Of a stretch of DNA of 64,000 nucleotides, positions 17,139 through 25,660 are shown in pieces; position 1 is the first letter of the stretch; the number at the start of each line of letters is the position of its first letter. Origin of the DNA: a virus. The DNA is taken from the IMG/VR virus record IMGVR_UViG_3300022699_000232, positions 1 to 64,000 of that record. The stretch is one strand, 5' to 3'. The notes below the pieces were generated by a model. The model was not told the origin of the DNA. It did no database searches and saw nothing but the letters and a program-made list of their open reading frames with translations. A program made the position numbers and the translations under genes.

Positions 17139-17681
17139 ATGAGCGGGCTTCAGAGACCAACAACCGTCCAGGAATCTCGCGTTACGGTCAAAGGCGTCGT
17201 CGTCGATCCGCTTGTCGATGTCACTCAACCTGGCGGGCCTTACGACTACGGTGAGGCGATCCTCACAGATGGGGCAGGCAACTACACGATTGCCCCCACC
17301 CTAAGACCCTATCTGCTCGGGTTTACCCTTCGCGGACCTGTTCCCGATGACGATTACGGGCTCTCCGCCGACTACCAAGGTATCAGCACCGCTCGAATGG
17401 GGCTTGTACTGCCTTTCCAGGCAAATCTCATTGCCATCACACTCGCCGTCTCGGAGCCCTCGAAGAACTCCTATGTCTTCGAGGTCGTCCAAGAACCGGC
17501 AGAAGAAGCTAAGGTCTTGTCTGGTATCGTGTTAGAGCAGGGCGAGCGGAAGGTTTTCCGTCGCGATCTCAGCGTTGAGATCGAAGCTGGGTCGGAGCTT
17601 GGTGTCTGCGCACGCCTCGAAGGGGGAGAAGGATCGTCGTTCTTTGATGCCGCGATTATTGGCGTCGAGCTTGAGATCTAG
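17139..17681 (+). CDS. hypothetical beta-rich protein
   Basis: Strong GGAGGAG RBS; 180 aa. Confidence 0.7.
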   Translation: MSGLQRPTTVQESRVTVKGVVVDPLVDVTQPGGPYDYGEAILTDGAGNYTIAPTLRPYLLGFTLRGPVPDDDYGLSADYQGISTARMGLVLPFQANLIAITLAVSEPSKNSYVFEVVQEPAEEAKVLSGIVLEQGERKVFRRDLSVEIEAGSELGVCARLEGGEGSSFFDAAIIGVELEI

Positions 17682-18205
17682 GACTTCTTCTTCTTCTTCT
17701 TCTTCTTCTTCTGTTTTTTCAGCCGAGGCTTCTTCGTCTTCTTAGGCGGCACGATCTTCGTGCGAACCTTCGACTTCCGCTTCTTGTTGTCGGTCTGCCC
17801 GGAGAGTCCTTTCTGGGCGCCGGACAACGGCTTCGCGACGACCTCCCGCGATTCCTGTTCACCAAAGACCTGGTCTTCTTGGAAACGGAAGGATGGGTCA
17901 GAGTAGTTCGATCCCTCCATCTTCGGAAGCAGCGGACGTGAACTAACATCCTCGATGTCGACTTTCACGGTCCAGGGACGAAGTCGGTAGAGCAGTCCAC
18001 AGCACTCTGACTGCGTGTAGCTGATGTCTTGCGGACAGTCCCAGTTGAGAAGCGATCCGCACATCCGGCAGTAGCATCGAAGAGCATGCTCGTAGAGAAG
18101 CGACTTCCCCTCTTCCAGCTTCTCCGGTTCTCGGAGCCGGAGTAGACGCTCGAATCTCGCTGCACCCGGCCCCCGCTTCGCGTTCGGGTCTCCTTTAGCG
18201 GCCAT
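17678..18205 (-). CDS. zinc-ribbon protein with poly-Lys C-terminus
   Basis: CYCRMCG..SECCG motif; ends KKTKKPRLKKQKKKKKKKKKS. Confidence 0.7.
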   Translation of the reverse strand: MAAKGDPNAKRGPGAARFERLLRLREPEKLEEGKSLLYEHALRCYCRMCGSLLNWDCPQDISYTQSECCGLLYRLRPWTVKVDIEDVSSRPLLPKMEGSNYSDPSFRFQEDQVFGEQESREVVAKPLSGAQKGLSGQTDNKKRKSKVRTKIVPPKKTKKPRLKKQKKKKKKKKKS

Positions 18206-18284
18206 ACCTTGATTCTACTTGGGTCGACTCGTGCCGCCAGTTAGGATCGCCCAGGAAGACCCGGGGTTGGCGTGGTGCGGTCTC

Positions 18285-19169
18285 GTGAAAGAGAGAAAGA
18301 CCGTGCTGATCCTCAGTGTTGACGGTGGCGGCGTTCGGGGAATCGCCGCGGCCATCTTGCTGCGGCGCCTAGAAGAAGAGGTTCCCGGGTGGATCGCGAA
18401 GGTCGATCTTTTCACAGGTGCGTCGACTGGCGGAATCATCGCGCTTGCGCTTGCCTACGGTCTCCATCCCGATGAGATCGAGCGCTTCTATCGTGCCGAA
18501 CTTCCTGAGATCTTCTCTCAGTCTTGGTGGCGGCGGTGGATGGTGCTTTGGCGCGCCAAGTACAGCAACAAGGCGCTGCGCGAGTCGCTTAGGTCGGTCT
18601 TCAAGGACGCACGACTCGGTGATCTCGCACGAGAGACATTGATCTCCACCTACTTCTTGGGATCCAGGGAGCCCTTCGAGCGCGCGCATCCTAAGTTCTA
18701 CTCGCGGCGCCGCAATCCCAAAACAAAGCTCGCAGATCTTGCTCTCTGGACTAGCTCTGCTCCTACGTTCTTTCCGAGCGCAGATCGTCACGTCGATGGC
18801 GGTTTGTCGGCTAACAACTGTGCCGTCTGCGCCATGGCTTTCGCGGATCGTTACGGCGCGTCTTTGAGCGACATGACCGTGCTTTCGGTGAGTACGGGCC
18901 TCTCGCCAATGGTTCTAGAGGGTGGCGACCGAGGGCTCGCTTATTGGGGTCGATCCATTCCCGAGACGTTGATCGATGGTGGGGTCGATGTTGCTGACTA
19001 CCAGGCACGCCACTTCCTGGCCGACGAGGGGACGTATCATCGTCTCCATCCTGAACTTGGGGAGGAGATTCCCCTGGATGATGTCGCACGGCTGGACGAT
19101 CTCTGCGAGTTCGCAGAGAGCGTCGATCTTACTTCTGCTACTTCTTGGCTTGCGGCTCAGGTAGGCTAG
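18285..19169 (+). CDS. patatin-like phospholipase
   Basis: ILSVDGGGVRG oxyanion motif, GASTG nucleophile elbow, SSAPTFFP, DGG catalytic Asp, VLSVSTG; likely GTG start 18285 (track start 18219). Confidence 0.92.
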   Translation: MKERKTVLILSVDGGGVRGIAAAILLRRLEEEVPGWIAKVDLFTGASTGGIIALALAYGLHPDEIERFYRAELPEIFSQSWWRRWMVLWRAKYSNKALRESLRSVFKDARLGDLARETLISTYFLGSREPFERAHPKFYSRRRNPKTKLADLALWTSSAPTFFPSADRHVDGGLSANNCAVCAMAFADRYGASLSDMTVLSVSTGLSPMVLEGGDRGLAYWGRSIPETLIDGGVDVADYQARHFLADEGTYHRLHPELGEEIPLDDVARLDDLCEFAESVDLTSATSWLAAQVG

Positions 19170-19211
19170 AGGGTAATAGGCAGTAGTACCGACGAAAGTC
19201 TGAGGTAACGC

Positions 19212-19220
19212 TGCTATAAT
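19212..19220 (+). promoter_or_regulatory. extended -10 promoter TGCTATAAT
   Basis: Perfect TGn-TATAAT 54 nt upstream of the long plus-strand fibre operon. Confidence 0.55.
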
Positions 19221-19274
19221 GCTTCGGTCGCCACGACTTACGTCGTAACCACACTCCGCTCTTAGGGGTCGAGC

Positions 19275-21350
19275 ATGGCAACCACCAGGCAGAATCTCGA
19301 CATTCAGTCGGATAAGGTACTCACCGAACCGACCGTACAGACGCGGATGCGGATGGAGGACGATGGGGCGACCCAGGCTTTCTTCCTCGACTGGGATGAG
19401 CCGGCCGGCGCTGATAGGACCGTCAACTTCTCGGATCCCGGCGCCAACGATACTGTCGCCTACCTGGACAAGCCCCAGGTCTTCCAGAACAAGCAGACCA
19501 CGACGACCCCGACCGTTGGCGACGACATCGCCAACAAGGACTACGTCGATTCGACAGTGGCGGCCGGAACCCCTACGGCTACCTCGGCGCCCGGTGGTGG
19601 TACTGAGGGTAAGGTCACGATGGATGAGGACAAGGGTCTCCTCATCGTAGGTGGCGTGGCTGAGGTGAAGGTCGACGGATCGACCATCACCTTCAATGGA
19701 TCCGGTGAACTCGTTGGATCGGCCGCGATTCCTGACGCTACGGCCGGCTCTGGCGGTGCCACCAAGGGTAAGGTGACCGCCGATACCGACAAGGGGCTAG
19801 ACATCGTCTCCGGTGTTCTGGAGGTGAAGGTCGACGGCGTCTCTGTCGGTCTGAATCTCTCCGGAGAACTGGAGACTCTCAGTGGCGGCGGCGGTGGCGG
19901 TCCAACAGGCATTGTCTCGAACCAGCCGCAGTTCACCGAGGAGATCTCCGGTGTCACAGCACCCAACGATGGCACAACCGGCGGCGGTGACATCTCTACG
20001 CTGGAGTTCCCCACCAACGTCGAGACCGGGATTCGGTTCGCCCTTCAGATTCCAGAGGACTACTTCGATGGTGATCTGACCATCTCAGCCGTCCAGCAGA
20101 TGACCGGTGCTGATCCCGCCGGATCCATCGAGATCACGACGCAGGCCAAGATCGTCGACGTTTCAGCAGGTGTCATTGACTCGATCTCCTATCCCGAGAC
20201 TCAGGCGACGCATACGGTTCCAACCACGACCGACGTCGAGAGTCGGAACATTCTCACCATTTCCGAGGGCGACTTCGCTAAGGGCGACACCATTCAGGTG
20301 CTCGTCAAGCGTGTTGGCAACGACGTCGGCGATACGAACACCGAGGACTGGGGCGTCCTCGCTTTCAAGTTCGCCTACAACGCCATCATCAACGGTCGCG
20401 TTGCTACTGTCTCCTCGAAGTTCTTCGAGAATGCGCCAGGTGAGACGGCGACGACGCCGGACACGATCTCTGGCGGTGACATCACAGTCGAGGAGTTTCC
20501 GACGGCGGTTGATACCGCTCTCAAGTTCGAGTTCATCGTACCGGAGAACTGGGACGAGTCCTCCGAGGCGGACATCCGCATCAACTACACGATGTCGTCT
20601 AGCGACGCGGCAGGTGTGGTTCGGCTGGAGCCTAGAGCGAAGATCGCACGTATCAACGGCGGGACCGTCGACACTATCGCTCCGAGCAACTTCGACTTCA
20701 CCCCCGGTGCCGGCGACTCGACGGTTCCGAAGCAGTCCACCGCGATTCTCAGCATCCCGGCGACAGCATTCAGTCGTGGCGACGCTGTGACCATTGTCCT
20801 CGCGCGTCGCGGTAACGATGCGGCGGACACGCACACTGGTGACCTTCAGCTTATCTGCTCGATGGTCACGTTCGGAACGGTCTCTTCTCTCGGCGTGAAC
20901 GCTGTCACGATCCGCGAGGATTACCTGAATCAAGGCGTATTCGGCAACGCAGTTGGCGCCGGCGTCAACGGCGACACCGACTACCCGGATCTTCTCGGTG
21001 ACTTCGAGACCTACGACCGCCTGGAAGCGACGTCTGGTGCCGGTAGTCTGGACATCGCCTATGAGGGGCGCCTCGGATCACTGGCAACGCAGATCAAGCG
21101 CATTTCGTTCTTCATCAAGGGCACTCCAGCGAGTAGCTACACGCTGGAGATTCACGCCGAGGGTTCTGGCATCGTTCACTCGATCGGACCCATCCCTGTG
21201 CCGGCGACAAGCACAGAGATTATCCGAACGGACTTGGACCTGTCCGCACAGCCATCTGGCGCCGGTCGTTTCTTCGTCGTCATCGAGGTCACCTTCTCCG
21301 GCGGGGGTGAGAACGTTCTGGTCGGACGACCCTTCGTGAGGATGGAGTAG
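19275..21350 (+). CDS. tail fibre/virion protein, paralog of 23383-24891
   Basis: ANKDYVDS fibre motif, two GKVTxDxDKGL..EVKVDG repeats, two F-x-F-x-I/VP-E-D/N-Y/W..D-T-H-T-G-D beta-sandwich domains. Confidence 0.75.
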   Translation: MATTRQNLDIQSDKVLTEPTVQTRMRMEDDGATQAFFLDWDEPAGADRTVNFSDPGANDTVAYLDKPQVFQNKQTTTTPTVGDDIANKDYVDSTVAAGTPTATSAPGGGTEGKVTMDEDKGLLIVGGVAEVKVDGSTITFNGSGELVGSAAIPDATAGSGGATKGKVTADTDKGLDIVSGVLEVKVDGVSVGLNLSGELETLSGGGGGGPTGIVSNQPQFTEEISGVTAPNDGTTGGGDISTLEFPTNVETGIRFALQIPEDYFDGDLTISAVQQMTGADPAGSIEITTQAKIVDVSAGVIDSISYPETQATHTVPTTTDVESRNILTISEGDFAKGDTIQVLVKRVGNDVGDTNTEDWGVLAFKFAYNAIINGRVATVSSKFFENAPGETATTPDTISGGDITVEEFPTAVDTALKFEFIVPENWDESSEADIRINYTMSSSDAAGVVRLEPRAKIARINGGTVDTIAPSNFDFTPGAGDSTVPKQSTAILSIPATAFSRGDAVTIVLARRGNDAADTHTGDLQLICSMVTFGTVSSLGVNAVTIREDYLNQGVFGNAVGAGVNGDTDYPDLLGDFETYDRLEATSGAGSLDIAYEGRLGSLATQIKRISFFIKGTPASSYTLEIHAEGSGIVHSIGPIPVPATSTEIIRTDLDLSAQPSGAGRFFVVIEVTFSGGGENVLVGRPFVRME

Positions 21351-21353
21351 TTC

Positions 21354-21911
21354 ATGCGTCGCCTTTGCTACTGCACCGGAAGCGGGTCAACCATGGTTCG
21401 TTCGGAAAATTTCCGAGATGGCTATCTCGTACCGACGAGTGTGGGGCCTAAGCGTGCCGATGAGATTCAGCCAAATACCCCGGCTACGCTAAGTGTTCCA
21501 GGCGTCGACGCTGACGGCCTCGTTGTCTATACGGCGAAGTACGGTGGGTCTGCTGGCAACGACATCTTCGTCTCCCACGAAACAGGAGAGACCGGGCCGG
21601 GGCACGAGAGCCGTCCGCTCGCCGTGAGCTTCGATCCCGATGATGAAGATGGCCGAGCTATCGTTGTGACGTTTGGCACGACGAGTGGGGGCTTTACTAT
21701 GCTTCCGACTGCTCAACAGATTGCCGATCTAGTTAGCGCGGAAGCTGTGCTTCTCGACGTCGTGATGGTCGAGGCGGGCGGTGATGGGACAGGCGATGCA
21801 GGCGTCATCGACCCTACCTATCTCGGCGGAGGAGCAGACGACGGCGATTGGCGCAAGTTCAATGTCAACGGTGGGGACTGCATGAGAGTCAATGCGGTTG
21901 AGGTGATCTGA
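21354..21911 (+). CDS. small virion protein with a sheath-like domain insert
   Basis: TAKYGGSAGNDIFV..TAQQIADLV..TYLGGGADDG resembles sheath protrusion domains, flanked by GPKRADEIQP / GDW. Confidence 0.6.
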   Translation: MRRLCYCTGSGSTMVRSENFRDGYLVPTSVGPKRADEIQPNTPATLSVPGVDADGLVVYTAKYGGSAGNDIFVSHETGETGPGHESRPLAVSFDPDDEDGRAIVVTFGTTSGGFTMLPTAQQIADLVSAEAVLLDVVMVEAGGDGTGDAGVIDPTYLGGGADDGDWRKFNVNGGDCMRVNAVEVI

Positions 21912-23371
21912 TGGCACAACCGTTTCTCGCGCTCCAGCATCGTTCGGGCGGCGCACCGCAAGTTTATCGACTCCCCGGTGTGTCTCCGCAGGCGCTTGGT
22001 GATCCTATTGGCGCGGCTGTTGAAGGCACAAGCTCCGACGATATGTGCATCTTCAACCGCGTCATTCAGTTCCAAGGAGATGTCTACGCGGCGGTTAAGG
22101 GGGGTGTCTATAAGAAGGACGACCCAACTACCGATACTGGTGCATGGAGCTTGGACCACGCTTTCACGAACTTCACGACTTCATCTGCGATGGAGCACGC
22201 AGTATCCGGCATCTACCAGTTCGTGGATAACGGGGTAGAGAAGTTGTTTGTTTGTTGGCGCGCAGACACGTCCAACAGCACATGGAATGCTTCTATCTTG
22301 GATGGATCTACTGGACTGTGGAGCGATGCCGGCGAGCAGGCGGCTGTTACGGCCGGCAATAACGAGGCTACAGGGGCTCAGATCATTTATCGGGGCGTGC
22401 TCTACTGGGGTCTGAGGACCAGTCAAGAGTTTCTTACGTTCGATCCTGTAGCACAGTCGCTTGGGACCATCTCGGCGATGATTGCGGATGAGATCGGGTC
22501 CATGGGACTTTGTGTTTTCAACGACCGGCTTCTTACTTTTGGTCGAAACTCTTCTGGCAACGCAGCGCTCTTCGAACTCACTAGCACATTCAACGAACTA
22601 TTAGAGGTCTCTCCGGCTATCACTCTCAACGGAGGCATGGTCGAAGCGCTTGCATGTCTCGTTCCGAGCCCCGACGGATCGGTTCTCTATGGAATTGTGG
22701 TGGAAAACGGTAGTGGTAGTCACTTCCTGAAGTTCATCGACACTGCCGGTGTGATCTCATTTGACTCTGACTTGACGAGTACGGTATTGCCCGCCGCACG
22801 ACGTCCCGGAATGGGCGACAACAATACCGAGACACGTTGGTGGGCTGCTTTCGATCAGGAAACGACGCCAGGCTCCGCAACGCTGCTGATCTACTTCTCT
22901 GGAAATGGGTCAGTCGGGACGACTGTCACGCAGTATCAGTTCGTGAACGAATCCACCGAACTCTCGCAGGTAGATGTCGGTGGAAGCGCTGCATGGGGTT
23001 TCTCGACACCGACCACTGGCGGCGGAGAACGGATCTTTACGCCCGGTGAGCTTCACATCTCGATTGTGCAGAGACTTGCGGCCATCGGCGGCGAAGCAGT
23101 GCGTTTCAAGTGCTACGGAGACCCCGGCGCCGTCAACAAGAACGTCAGCTTCCGGTTCAACACGGAAAACGAAGTACCCCTGACCCAGGCCACGTTGATC
23201 GGCACACCGTCGGTCATTTCGGGCGGTGCCGCTGCGCCAACACGCGTCGGAGATACGCTTCAAGGCGTCGAAGCTGACGGCGTCTCTGTCTACGAGACGA
23301 TCTGGGATATCACGGCTGATGGTGTGACTGCCGGACAGCGCGCCCAGTTGGTCCCTAGGATCTTCATCTAG
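21911..23371 (+). CDS. beta-propeller-like virion protein (paralog family with 48187, 49810, 51270)
   Basis: NRVIQFQGDVYA..GVYK..W blade pattern and a C-terminal Ig-like domain ending in WD..DG. Confidence 0.7.
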   Translation: MAQPFLALQHRSGGAPQVYRLPGVSPQALGDPIGAAVEGTSSDDMCIFNRVIQFQGDVYAAVKGGVYKKDDPTTDTGAWSLDHAFTNFTTSSAMEHAVSGIYQFVDNGVEKLFVCWRADTSNSTWNASILDGSTGLWSDAGEQAAVTAGNNEATGAQIIYRGVLYWGLRTSQEFLTFDPVAQSLGTISAMIADEIGSMGLCVFNDRLLTFGRNSSGNAALFELTSTFNELLEVSPAITLNGGMVEALACLVPSPDGSVLYGIVVENGSGSHFLKFIDTAGVISFDSDLTSTVLPAARRPGMGDNNTETRWWAAFDQETTPGSATLLIYFSGNGSVGTTVTQYQFVNESTELSQVDVGGSAAWGFSTPTTGGGERIFTPGELHISIVQRLAAIGGEAVRFKCYGDPGAVNKNVSFRFNTENEVPLTQATLIGTPSVISGGAAAPTRVGDTLQGVEADGVSVYETIWDITADGVTAGQRAQLVPRIFI

Positions 23372-23382
23372 GAGCACGAGCA

Positions 23383-24891
23383 ATGGTCGTAAACATCGAC
23401 AAGTTTATCGACGAGACCGAACTCGGTGCTCTCAGTGGCGGGTTTGCGGTTGCACCTGTGTCTTTCTCGCCGGAGACGGTGCAAGACATCTCGGGTCCCC
23501 CCAGCTTCGGAACGCTGGGGTCGAGCATCAATACGCACGATCATCCTGACGGTTCGACGACAGGGCTCAAGTTCGAGTTCACAGTGCCCTCCGATTACGA
23601 CGCCGGTCCGCTTCAACTTCAAGCGGTCTACGCGATGTCGACGGCTGTTGCTTCGCCCAACAATATGGTCGTGCTAAGCGTCGGCGCCGAGATCGCTGAT
23701 ACCGCCACCGGAAGCATCGACACGGCGACATATGCACAGTCGCCCTTCATCCTTGTCACTCCCGACAACTCCACTGACGTGGACCGCTCTGGCACCATCC
23801 TCTCCATCGCAGAGGGTGACTTCCAAGCAGGAGACAAGATCGTCTTCCTGATCGAGCGACTCGGTGGTGACGCTTCCGACGACCATACGGGCGATTTCCA
23901 ACTCATCGACTACATGGTGATCTACGACGGACAGGTCGCTGCTCGTGCGTTCACTCACAACGTCGAGGTTTTTTCCGATACAGGCGGAACGGCGCCAGCC
24001 GCCGGAACCAAGTCCAGCTTCAACACGCTCGACTTCCAGGAGGGTTTCACCCACGAACAGAAGTTCCAGTTCACGATCCCCGAGAACTGGGATGGCGCCT
24101 CGGATTTCCACGTTCGCTTCATCTACGCGATGACCGCGGCGCAAGCAGCAGCGGTCAGGTTCGACTTCTCAGGCGAGGCCACCAATCTCGTCACCGGCGC
24201 CGTCGACAGTCTTCCCATCGATGCTCTGGTTCAAGGGACTACGGCCGATACGGACGTCCATAGGACTACGGTGGCCTATGCTGTTCCTGGCACGAACCGG
24301 TCCGCGGGTGATGCGGTCGTCGTCACCTTCAACCGTCTAAGCGGTGATGCGTCGGATACCCATACCGGCGATTTCCAGCTTATCGCCGCCACCGTATTCG
24401 TCGGGCAGGGCGGCAGCACAGCCGTCAGCACGCTGGTCACCGAAGACTACCTCACCCACAGGAACTTCCGGATCGTGTCCGGACCCGGCGTCGATGGCGA
24501 GCAGGAGTCGCCGGACTTCTCAGGTGATTTCGAGCTTTGGGCTCTCATGACGTCTTCTGTGTCTTCGGGGCGCATCGACGTCGAGTGGCAAGGACGGCTC
24601 GCCGCTTCGCAGACACAGATCTCATCGATCATCATCCCCATCGTCGGTCAAAGCGGGGGCCCAACACCTGAGTATCAGGTCAAGGTCTATGCCGAGGGCT
24701 CCGGGGCAACGCCTGTTTACACCGGTGCTCTTACGGCAGAGACGACTGGCTCACGACAGTTAGTTTCGCTCACCGACAGCGATCTCAGCGCACAACCGAC
24801 CGGCGAGAAGCGTTTCTTCGTGGTCGTCGAGGCTTCCTTGGACTCTGGAGAAGAGCTTCGCGTCGGAACGCCCTTCGTGCGGCAGGAGTAA
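23383..24891 (+). CDS. virion protein, paralog of 19275-21350
   Basis: GLKFEFTVPSDY..DDHTGDFQL x2; C-terminus DLSAQPTGEKRFFVVVE..VGTPFVRQE nearly matches the end of 19275-21350. Confidence 0.75.
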   Translation: MVVNIDKFIDETELGALSGGFAVAPVSFSPETVQDISGPPSFGTLGSSINTHDHPDGSTTGLKFEFTVPSDYDAGPLQLQAVYAMSTAVASPNNMVVLSVGAEIADTATGSIDTATYAQSPFILVTPDNSTDVDRSGTILSIAEGDFQAGDKIVFLIERLGGDASDDHTGDFQLIDYMVIYDGQVAARAFTHNVEVFSDTGGTAPAAGTKSSFNTLDFQEGFTHEQKFQFTIPENWDGASDFHVRFIYAMTAAQAAAVRFDFSGEATNLVTGAVDSLPIDALVQGTTADTDVHRTTVAYAVPGTNRSAGDAVVVTFNRLSGDASDTHTGDFQLIAATVFVGQGGSTAVSTLVTEDYLTHRNFRIVSGPGVDGEQESPDFSGDFELWALMTSSVSSGRIDVEWQGRLAASQTQISSIIIPIVGQSGGPTPEYQVKVYAEGSGATPVYTGALTAETTGSRQLVSLTDSDLSAQPTGEKRFFVVVEASLDSGEELRVGTPFVRQE

Positions 24892-24894
24892 GAC

Positions 24895-25650
24895 ATGCCT
24901 CTCTATGTAAACGACGGTCGAACTCCGCTCCAGGCTGCACCTTCGTCCCGTCAGGAGCTTTTGGCTCCCCGCGGGTTCGGTTACGGCGAGCTTCTTTCCA
25001 TCATCGGATCCTCCTCGGGAAGTGCCCCAGCACTGAGCGCTCTTGCGGTGCAAGGCATCGGAAGCCTGAGCACAGGCGTATCTTCGATCACGCCCACGGT
25101 TTCGGCTGCTGGTAGCGGCGGTGGCGGCGGGCTCGGAAACGAGACGACCTGGGCCTTGTCCGGCGGCGGCATTGCGAGTGTGACATCAGCCTTGCAGATG
25201 CTCGACGCCCCCTTCCGGCTCGCTGCTCAGGTCGCACTGCCTGCTGGTACGCCTGCTGGTGGCGATGAATTCTTCGTTGGTGTGACGATTCCACCGACGT
25301 CGCCTACAGCGACACTTCTTCTCGGAGGCGGTCCTGGTCCTTCGGTAGGGGTCGGCTGGAACTCCGGTATCGGACCGGATTGGCAGGTTCAGGCAGGCGG
25401 TGGTGCGGCTGTTCCTACTGGTGTCCCTGCTGCGGGCGGACCCATCGTCATCATCGAACTGGTGGAGAATCCGGCTACGACGTGGACGGTAGCTATCTAC
25501 GATGCCGTTTCCCTCTTGCCGCTCTTCCCTCCAACACCATTTCCCGGCGTTCCTGTTGGACCTTACGGGTTCACTCTCTACTTCAACGCCGCTTCAGGCG
25601 GCTCCGTCTCCAGTATCATCTGGGGCGTATCCATCGGACCTCAGCTTTAG
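24895..25650 (+). CDS. Gly/Pro-rich virion protein
   Basis: 251 aa within the fibre operon; beta-rich C-terminal half. Confidence 0.65.
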   Translation: MPLYVNDGRTPLQAAPSSRQELLAPRGFGYGELLSIIGSSSGSAPALSALAVQGIGSLSTGVSSITPTVSAAGSGGGGGLGNETTWALSGGGIASVTSALQMLDAPFRLAAQVALPAGTPAGGDEFFVGVTIPPTSPTATLLLGGGPGPSVGVGWNSGIGPDWQVQAGGGAAVPTGVPAAGGPIVIIELVENPATTWTVAIYDAVSLLPLFPPTPFPGVPVGPYGFTLYFNAASGGSVSSIIWGVSIGPQL

Positions 25651-25660
25651 GGCTTAGATC

